Source: Yuukianura sp. NJ FZ-2021 (Eukaryota). Taken from it: DNA of 64,000 nt. Shown one piece after another: positions 53,801 through 64,000 of this stretch. The notes under the pieces are model-generated. The model was not told where the DNA came from. It did not search any database and worked only from the letters and a program-made list of their open reading frames with translations. The translations under genes were made by a program, and so were the position numbers. Every line of letters starts with the position of its first letter. Within the stretch, counting starts at the first letter, position 1. The stretch covers positions 5,022,001-5,086,000 of the forward strand of contig CM102289.1 of NCBI GenBank assembly GCA_046563655.1, read 5' to 3'.

Positions 53801-56800
53801 TGGAATTTAGTTGATTAGAAAGAGTGATTTTCCTACTAAACTTTTAACTTTTTGGAATTTGGAATTTAGTTGATTAGAAAGAGTGATTTTCCTACTAAAC
53901 TTTTAACTTTTTGGAATTTGGAATTTAGTTGATTAGAAAGAGTGATTTTCCTACTAAACTTTTAACTTTTTGGAATTTGGAATTTAGTTGATTAGAAAGA
54001 GTGATTTTCCTACTAAACTTTTAACTTTTTGGAATTTGGAATTTAGTTGATTAGAAAGAGTGATTTTCCTACTAAACTTTTAACTTTTTGGAATTTGGAA
54101 TTTAGTTGATTAGAAAGAGTGATTTTCCTACTAAACTTTTAACTTTTTGGAATTTGGAATTTAGTTGATTAGAAAGAGTGATTTTCCTACTAAACTTTTA
54201 ACTTTTTGGAATTTGGAATTTAGTTGATTAGAAAGAGTGATTTTCCTACTAAACTTTTAACTTTTTGGAATTTGGAATTTAGTTGATTAGAAAGAGTGAT
54301 TTTCCTACTAAACTTTTAACTTTTTGGAATTTGGAATTTAGTTGATTAGAAAGAGTGATTTTCCTACTAAACTTTTAACTTTTTGGAATTTGGAATTTAG
54401 TTGATTAGAAAGAGTGATTTTCCTACTAAACTTTTAACTTTTTGGAATTTGGAATTTAGTTGATTAGAAAGAGTGATTTTCCTACTAAACTTTTAACTTT
54501 TTGGAATTTGGAATTTAGTTGATTAGAAAGAGTGATTTTCCTACTAAACTTTTAACTTTTTGGAATTTGGAATTTAGTTGATTAGAAAGAGTGATTTTCC
54601 TACTAAACTTTTAACTTTTTGGAATTTGGAATTTAGTTGATTAGAAAGAGTGATTTTCCTACTAAACTTTTAACTTTTTGGAATTTGGAATTTAGTTGAT
54701 TAGAAAGAGTGATTTTCCTACTAAACTTTTAACTTTTTGGAATTTGGAATTTAGTTGATTAGAAAGAGTGATTTTCCTACTAAACTTTTAACTTTTTGGA
54801 ATTTGGAATTTAGTTGATTAGAAAGAGTGATTTTCCTACTAAACTTTTAACTTTTTGGAATTTGGAATTTAGTTGATTAGAAAGAGTGATTTTCCTACTA
54901 AACTTTTAACTTTTTGGAATTTGGAATTTAGTTGATTAGAAAGAGTGATTTTCCTACTAAACTTTTAACTTTTTGGAATTTGGAATTTAGTTGATTAGAA
55001 AGAGTGATTTTCCTACTAAACTTTTAACTTTTTGGAATTTGGAATTTAGTTGATTAGAAAGAGTGATTTTCCTACTAAACTTTTAACTTTTTGGAATTTG
55101 GAATTTAGTTGATTAGAAAGAGTGATTTTCCTACTAAACTTTTAACTTTTTGGAATTTGGAATTTAGTTGATTAGAAAGAGTGATTTTCCTACTAAACTT
55201 TTAACTTTTTGGAATTTGGAATTTAGTTGATTAGAAAGAGTGATTTTCCTACTAAACTTTTAACTTTTTGGAATTTGGAATTTAGTTGATTAGAAAGAGT
55301 GATTTTCCTACTAAACTTTTAACTTTTTGGAATTTGGAATTTAGTTGATTAGAAAGAGTGATTTTCCTACTAAACTTTTAACTTTTTGGAATTTGGAATT
55401 TAGTTGATTAGAAAGAGTGATTTTCCTACTAAACTTTTAACTTTTTGGAATTTGGAATTTAGTTGATTAGAAAGAGTGATTTTCCTACTAAACTTTTAAC
55501 TTTTTGGAATTTGGAATTTAGTTGATTAGAAAGAGTGATTTTCCTACTAAACTTTTAACTTTTTGGAATTTGGAATTTAGTTGATTAGAAAGAGTGATTT
55601 TCCTACTAAACTTTTAACTTTTTGGAATTTGGAATTTAGTTGATTAGAAAGAGTGATTTTCCTACTAAACTTTTAACTTTTTGGAATTTGGAATTTAGTT
55701 GATTAGAAAGAGTGATTTTCCTACTAAACTTTTAACTTTTTGGAATTTGGAATTTAGTTGATTAGAAAGAGTGATTTTCCTACTAAACTTTTAACTTTTT
55801 GGAATTTGGAATTTAGTTGATTAGAAAGAGTGATTTTCCTACTAAACTTTTAACTTTTTGGAATTTGGAATTTAGTTGATTAGAAAGAGTGATTTTCCTA
55901 CTAAACTTTTAACTTTTTGGAATTTGGAATTTAGTTGATTAGAAAGAGTGATTTTCCTACTAAACTTTTAACTTTTTGGAATTTGGAATTTAGTTGATTA
56001 GAAAGAGTGATTTTCCTACTAAACTTTTAACTTTTTGGAATTTGGAATTTAGTTGATTAGAAAGAGTGATTTTCCTACTAAACTTTTAACTTTTTGGAAT
56101 TTGGAATTTAGTTGATTAGAAAGAGTGATTTTCCTACTAAACTTTTAACTTTTTGGAATTTGGAATTTAGTTGATTAGAAAGAGTGATTTTCCTACTAAA
56201 CTTTTAACTTTTTGGAATTTGGAATTTAGTTGATTAGAAAGAGTGATTTTCCTACTAAACTTTTAACTTTTTGGAATTTGGAATTTAGTTGATTAGAAAG
56301 AGTGATTTTCCTACTAAACTTTTAACTTTTTGGAATTTGGAATTTAGTTGATTAGAAAGAGTGATTTTCCTACTAAACTTTTAACTTTTTGGAATTTGGA
56401 ATTTAGTTGATTAGAAAGAGTGATTTTCCTACTAAACTTTTAACTTTTTGGAATTTGGAATTTAGTTGATTAGAAAGAGTGATTTTCCTACTAAACTTTT
56501 AACTTTTTGGAATTTGGAATTTAGTTGATTAGAAAGAGTGATTTTCCTACTAAACTTTTAACTTTTTGGAATTTGGAATTTAGTTGATTAGAAAGAGTGA
56601 TTTTCCTACTAAACTTTTAACTTTTTGGAATTTGGAATTTAGTTGATTAGAAAGAGTGATTTTCCTACTAAACTTTTAACTTTTTGGAATTTGGAATTTA
56701 GTTGATTAGAAAGAGTGATTTTCCTACTAAACTTTTAACTTTTTGGAATTTGGAATTTAGTTGATTAGAAAGAGTGATTTTCCTACTAAACTTTTAACTT

Positions 56801-59800
56801 TTTGGAATTTGGAATTTAGTTGATTAGAAAGAGTGATTTTCCTACTAAACTTTTAACTTTTTGGAATTTGGAATTTAGTTGATTAGAAAGAGTGATTTTC
56901 CTACTAAACTTTTAACTTTTTGGAATTTGGAATTTAGTTGATTAGAAAGAGTGATTTTCCTACTAAACTTTTAACTTTTTGGAATTTGGAATTTAGTTGA
57001 TTAGAAAGAGTGATTTTCCTACTAAACTTTTAACTTTTTGGAATTTGGAATTTAGTTGATTAGAAAGAGTGATTTTCCTACTAAACTTTTAACTTTTTGG
57101 AATTTGGAATTTAGTTGATTAGAAAGAGTGATTTTCCTACTAAACTTTTAACTTTTTGGAATTTGGAATTTAGTTGATTAGAAAGAGTGATTTTCCTACT
57201 AAACTTTTAACTTTTTGGAATTTGGAATTTAGTTGATTAGAAAGAGTGATTTTCCTACTAAACTTTTAACTTTTTGGAATTTGGAATTTAGTTGATTAGA
57301 AAGAGTGATTTTCCTACTAAACTTTTAACTTTTTGGAATTTGGAATTTAGTTGATTAGAAAGAGTGATTTTCCTACTAAACTTTTAACTTTTTGGAATTT
57401 GGAATTTAGTTGATTAGAAAGAGTGATTTTCCTACTAAACTTTTAACTTTTTGGAATTTGGAATTTAGTTGATTAGAAAGAGTGATTTTCCTACTAAACT
57501 TTTAACTTTTTGGAATTTGGAATTTAGTTGATTAGAAAGAGTGATTTTCCTACTAAACTTTTAACTTTTTGGAATTTGGAATTTAGTTGATTAGAAAGAG
57601 TGATTTTCCTACTAAACTTTTAACTTTTTGGAATTTGGAATTTAGTTGATTAGAAAGAGTGATTTTCCTACTAAACTTTTAACTTTTTGGAATTTGGAAT
57701 TTAGTTGATTAGAAAGAGTGATTTTCCTACTAAACTTTTAACTTTTTGGAATTTGGAATTTAGTTGATTAGAAAGAGTGATTTTCCTACTAAACTTTTAA
57801 CTTTTTGGAATTTGGAATTTAGTTGATTAGAAAGAGTGATTTTCCTACTAAACTTTTAACTTTTTGGAATTTGGAATTTAGTTGATTAGAAAGAGTGATT
57901 TTCCTACTAAACTTTTAACTTTTTGGAATTTGGAATTTAGTTGATTAGAAAGAGTGATTTTCCTACTAAACTTTTAACTTTTTGGAATTTGGAATTTAGT
58001 TGATTAGAAAGAGTGATTTTCCTACTAAACTTTTAACTTTTTGGAATTTGGAATTTAGTTGATTAGAAAGAGTGATTTTCCTACTAAACTTTTAACTTTT
58101 TGGAATTTGGAATTTAGTTGATTAGAAAGAGTGATTTTCCTACTAAACTTTTAACTTTTTGGAATTTGGAATTTAGTTGATTAGAAAGAGTGATTTTCCT
58201 ACTAAACTTTTAACTTTTTGGAATTTGGAATTTAGTTGATTAGAAAGAGTGATTTTCCTACTAAACTTTTAACTTTTTGGAATTTGGAATTTAGTTGATT
58301 AGAAAGAGTGATTTTCCTACTAAACTTTTAACTTTTTGGAATTTGGAATTTAGTTGATTAGAAAGAGTGATTTTCCTACTAAACTTTTAACTTTTTGGAA
58401 TTTGGAATTTAGTTGATTAGAAAGAGTGATTTTCCTACTAAACTTTTAACTTTTTGGAATTTGGAATTTAGTTGATTAGAAAGAGTGATTTTCCTACTAA
58501 ACTTTTAACTTTTTGGAATTTGGAATTTAGTTGATTAGAAAGAGTGATTTTCCTACTAAACTTTTAACTTTTTGGAATTTGGAATTTAGTTGATTAGAAA
58601 GAGTGATTTTCCTACTAAACTTTTAACTTTTTGGAATTTGGAATTTAGTTGATTAGAAAGAGTGATTTTCCTACTAAACTTTTAACTTTTTGGAATTTGG
58701 AATTTAGTTGATTAGAAAGAGTGATTTTCCTACTAAACTTTTAACTTTTTGGAATTTGGAATTTAGTTGATTAGAAAGAGTGATTTTCCTACTAAACTTT
58801 TAACTTTTTGGAATTTGGAATTTAGTTGATTAGAAAGAGTGATTTTCCTACTAAACTTTTAACTTTTTGGAATTTGGAATTTAGTTGATTAGAAAGAGTG
58901 ATTTTCCTACTAAACTTTTAACTTTTTGGAATTTGGAATTTAGTTGATTAGAAAGAGTGATTTTCCTACTAAACTTTTAACTTTTTGGAATTTGGAATTT
59001 AGTTGATTAGAAAGAGTGATTTTCCTACTAAACTTTTAACTTTTTGGAATTTGGAATTTAGTTGATTAGAAAGAGTGATTTTCCTACTAAACTTTTAACT
59101 TTTTGGAATTTGGAATTTAGTTGATTAGAAAGAGTGATTTTCCTACTAAACTTTTAACTTTTTGGAATTTGGAATTTAGTTGATTAGAAAGAGTGATTTT
59201 CCTACTAAACTTTTAACTTTTTGGAATTTGGAATTTAGTTGATTAGAAAGAGTGATTTTCCTACTAAACTTTTAACTTTTTGGAATTTGGAATTTAGTTG
59301 ATTAGAAAGAGTGATTTTCCTACTAAACTTTTAACTTTTTGGAATTTGGAATTTAGTTGATTAGAAAGAGTGATTTTCCTACTAAACTTTTAACTTTTTG
59401 GAATTTGGAATTTAGTTGATTAGAAAGAGTGATTTTCCTACTAAACTTTTAACTTTTTGGAATTTGGAATTTAGTTGATTAGAAAGAGTGATTTTCCTAC
59501 TAAACTTTTAACTTTTTGGAATTTGGAATTTAGTTGATTAGAAAGAGTGATTTTCCTACTAAACTTTTAACTTTTTGGAATTTGGAATTTAGTTGATTAG
59601 AAAGAGTGATTTTCCTACTAAACTTTTAACTTTTTGGAATTTGGAATTTAGTTGATTAGAAAGAGTGATTTTCCTACTAAACTTTTAACTTTTTGGAATT
59701 TGGAATTTAGTTGATTAGAAAGAGTGATTTTCCTACTAAACTTTTAACTTTTTGGAATTTGGAATTTAGTTGATTAGAAAGAGTGATTTTCCTACTAAAC

Positions 59801-62800
59801 TTTTAACTTTTTGGAATTTGGAATTTAGTTGATTAGAAAGAGTGATTTTCCTACTAAACTTTTAACTTTTTGGAATTTGGAATTTAGTTGATTAGAAAGA
59901 GTGATTTTCCTACTAAACTTTTAACTTTTTGGAATTTGGAATTTAGTTGATTAGAAAGAGTGATTTTCCTACTAAACTTTTAACTTTTTGGAATTTGGAA
60001 TTTAGTTGATTAGAAAGAGTGATTTTCCTACTAAACTTTTAACTTTTTGGAATTTGGAATTTAGTTGATTAGAAAGAGTGATTTTCCTACTAAACTTTTA
60101 ACTTTTTGGAATTTGGAATTTAGTTGATTAGAAAGAGTGATTTTCCTACTAAACTTTTAACTTTTTGGAATTTGGAATTTAGTTGATTAGAAAGAGTGAT
60201 TTTCCTACTAAACTTTTAACTTTTTGGAATTTGGAATTTAGTTGATTAGAAAGAGTGATTTTCCTACTAAACTTTTAACTTTTTGGAATTTGGAATTTAG
60301 TTGATTAGAAAGAGTGATTTTCCTACTAAACTTTTAACTTTTTGGAATTTGGAATTTAGTTGATTAGAAAGAGTGATTTTCCTACTAAACTTTTAACTTT
60401 TTGGAATTTGGAATTTAGTTGATTAGAAAGAGTGATTTTCCTACTAAACTTTTAACTTTTTGGAATTTGGAATTTAGTTGATTAGAAAGAGTGATTTTCC
60501 TACTAAACTTTTAACTTTTTGGAATTTGGAATTTAGTTGATTAGAAAGAGTGATTTTCCTACTAAACTTTTAACTTTTTGGAATTTGGAATTTAGTTGAT
60601 TAGAAAGAGTGATTTTCCTACTAAACTTTTAACTTTTTGGAATTTGGAATTTAGTTGATTAGAAAGAGTGATTTTCCTACTAAACTTTTAACTTTTTGGA
60701 ATTTGGAATTTAGTTGATTAGAAAGAGTGATTTTCCTACTAAACTTTTAACTTTTTGGAATTTGGAATTTAGTTGATTAGAAAGAGTGATTTTCCTACTA
60801 AACTTTTAACTTTTTGGAATTTGGAATTTAGTTGATTAGAAAGAGTGATTTTCCTACTAAACTTTTAACTTTTTGGAATTTGGAATTTAGTTGATTAGAA
60901 AGAGTGATTTTCCTACTAAACTTTTAACTTTTTGGAATTTGGAATTTAGTTGATTAGAAAGAGTGATTTTCCTACTAAACTTTTAACTTTTTGGAATTTG
61001 GAATTTAGTTGATTAGAAAGAGTGATTTTCCTACTAAACTTTTAACTTTTTGGAATTTGGAATTTAGTTGATTAGAAAGAGTGATTTTCCTACTAAACTT
61101 TTAACTTTTTGGAATTTGGAATTTAGTTGATTAGAAAGAGTGATTTTCCTACTAAACTTTTAACTTTTTGGAATTTGGAATTTAGTTGATTAGAAAGAGT
61201 GATTTTCCTACTAAACTTTTAACTTTTTGGAATTTGGAATTTAGTTGATTAGAAAGAGTGATTTTCCTACTAAACTTTTAACTTTTTGGAATTTGGAATT
61301 TAGTTGATTAGAAAGAGTGATTTTCCTACTAAACTTTTAACTTTTTGGAATTTGGAATTTAGTTGATTAGAAAGAGTGATTTTCCTACTAAACTTTTAAC
61401 TTTTTGGAATTTGGAATTTAGTTGATTAGAAAGAGTGATTTTCCTACTAAACTTTTAACTTTTTGGAATTTGGAATTTAGTTGATTAGAAAGAGTGATTT
61501 TCCTACTAAACTTTTAACTTTTTGGAATTTGGAATTTAGTTGATTAGAAAGAGTGATTTTCCTACTAAACTTTTAACTTTTTGGAATTTGGAATTTAGTT
61601 GATTAGAAAGAGTGATTTTCCTACTAAACTTTTAACTTTTTGGAATTTGGAATTTAGTTGATTAGAAAGAGTGATTTTCCTACTAAACTTTTAACTTTTT
61701 GGAATTTGGAATTTAGTTGATTAGAAAGAGTGATTTTCCTACTAAACTTTTAACTTTTTGGAATTTGGAATTTAGTTGATTAGAAAGAGTGATTTTCCTA
61801 CTAAACTTTTAACTTTTTGGAATTTGGAATTTAGTTGATTAGAAAGAGTGATTTTCCTACTAAACTTTTAACTTTTTGGAATTTGGAATTTAGTTGATTA
61901 GAAAGAGTGATTTTCCTACTAAACTTTTAACTTTTTGGAATTTGGAATTTAGTTGATTAGAAAGAGTGATTTTCCTACTAAACTTTTAACTTTTTGGAAT
62001 TTGGAATTTAGTTGATTAGAAAGAGTGATTTTCCTACTAAACTTTTAACTTTTTGGAATTTGGAATTTAGTTGATTAGAAAGAGTGATTTTCCTACTAAA
62101 CTTTTAACTTTTTGGAATTTGGAATTTAGTTGATTAGAAAGAGTGATTTTCCTACTAAACTTTTAACTTTTTGGAATTTGGAATTTAGTTGATTAGAAAG
62201 AGTGATTTTCCTACTAAACTTTTAACTTTTTGGAATTTGGAATTTAGTTGATTAGAAAGAGTGATTTTCCTACTAAACTTTTAACTTTTTGGAATTTGGA
62301 ATTTAGTTGATTAGAAAGAGTGATTTTCCTACTAAACTTTTAACTTTTTGGAATTTGGAATTTAGTTGATTAGAAAGAGTGATTTTCCTACTAAACTTTT
62401 AACTTTTTGGAATTTGGAATTTAGTTGATTAGAAAGAGTGATTTTCCTACTAAACTTTTAACTTTTTGGAATTTGGAATTTAGTTGATTAGAAAGAGTGA
62501 TTTTCCTACTAAACTTTTAACTTTTTGGAATTTGGAATTTAGTTGATTAGAAAGAGTGATTTTCCTACTAAACTTTTAACTTTTTGGAATTTGGAATTTA
62601 GTTGATTAGAAAGAGTGATTTTCCTACTAAACTTTTAACTTTTTGGAATTTGGAATTTAGTTGATTAGAAAGAGTGATTTTCCTACTAAACTTTTAACTT
62701 TTTGGAATTTGGAATTTAGTTGATTAGAAAGAGTGATTTTCCTACTAAACTTTTAACTTTTTGGAATTTGGAATTTAGTTGATTAGAAAGAGTGATTTTC

Positions 62801-64000
62801 CTACTAAACTTTTAACTTTTTGGAATTTGGAATTTAGTTGATTAGAAAGAGTGATTTTCCTACTAAACTTTTAACTTTTTGGAATTTGGAATTTAGTTGA
62901 TTAGAAAGAGTGATTTTCCTACTAAACTTTTAACTTTTTGGAATTTGGAATTTAGTTGATTAGAAAGAGTGATTTTCCTACTAAACTTTTAACTTTTTGG
63001 AATTTGGAATTTAGTTGATTAGAAAGAGTGATTTTCCTACTAAACTTTTAACTTTTTGGAATTTGGAATTTAGTTGATTAGAAAGAGTGATTTTCCTACT
63101 AAACTTTTAACTTTTTGGAATTTGGAATTTAGTTGATTAGAAAGAGTGATTTTCCTACTAAACTTTTAACTTTTTGGAATTTGGAATTTAGTTGATTAGA
63201 AAGAGTGATTTTCCTACTAAACTTTTAACTTTTTGGAATTTGGAATTTAGTTGATTAGAAAGAGTGATTTTCCTACTAAACTTTTAACTTTTTGGAATTT
63301 GGAATTTAGTTGATTAGAAAGAGTGATTTTCCTACTAAACTTTTAACTTTTTGGAATTTGGAATTTAGTTGATTAGAAAGAGTGATTTTCCTACTAAACT
63401 TTTAACTTTTTGGAATTTGGAATTTAGTTGATTAGAAAGAGTGATTTTCCTACTAAACTTTTAACTTTTTGGAATTTGGAATTTAGTTGATTAGAAAGAG
63501 TGATTTTCCTACTAAACTTTTAACTTTTTGGAATTTGGAATTTAGTTGATTAGAAAGAGTGATTTTCCTACTAAACTTTTAACTTTTTGGAATTTGGAAT
63601 TTAGTTGATTAGAAAGAGTGATTTTCCTACTAAACTTTTAACTTTTTGGAATTTGGAATTTAGTTGATTAGAAAGAGTGATTTTCCTACTAAACTTTTAA
63701 CTTTTTGGAATTTGGAATTTAGTTGATTAGAAAGAGTGATTTTCCTACTAAACTTTTAACTTTTTGGAATTTGGAATTTAGTTGATTAGAAAGAGTGATT
63801 TTCCTACTAAACTTTTAACTTTTTGGAATTTGGAATTTAGTTGATTAGAAAGAGTGATTTTCCTACTAAACTTTTAACTTTTTGGAATTTGGAATTTAGT
63901 TGATTAGAAAGAGTGATTTTCCTACTAAACTTTTAACTTTTTGGAATTTGGAATTTAGTTGATTAGAAAGAGTGATTTTCCTACTAAACTTTTAACTTTT
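20837..64000. repeat. 59-bp satellite array, block 2 (731 full monomers + 35 bp, continues past window end)
   Basis: Same monomer. The last unit starts at 63966 = 20837 + 731x59, so register is kept with no net indel over 43 kb. No variants were noticed by eye. Confidence 0.99.

Noticed and set aside
17071..64000. CRISPR array
   Set aside because: Monomers are contiguous and identical with no unique spacers, there are no cas genes, and the context is eukaryotic with introns.

Overview
AT-rich eukaryotic (invertebrate, probably arthropod) genomic DNA in two parts. Bases 1-17070 are single-copy sequence. They hold a long intron and the last two coding exons of a COUP-TF/seven-up (NR2F) nuclear receptor, a complete 5-exon RIOK2 kinase gene, a 4-exon coiled-coil protein gene of unknown family, and a minus-strand TAF12 gene. 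Two small non-autonomous elements lie in the NR2F intron: a 683-bp foldback MITE with 183-bp TIRs and an 8-bp TSD, and a DINE-1/Helentron-like (HINE) element. From 17071 to the window end is a near-perfect tandem array of a 59-bp AT-rich monomer (~788 copies). The array starts ~200 bp downstream of a second HINE-like 5' end. It is interrupted once (20389-20836) by a GC-rich, structured 448-bp element with a Pol III B-box, an A-tail and a 14-bp flanking duplication. The most interesting signals are the apparent origin of the satellite inside a Helentron-like element, and the fact that the array and the insert share the same junction motif and phase. No database searches were run; family assignments rest on recognised motifs.
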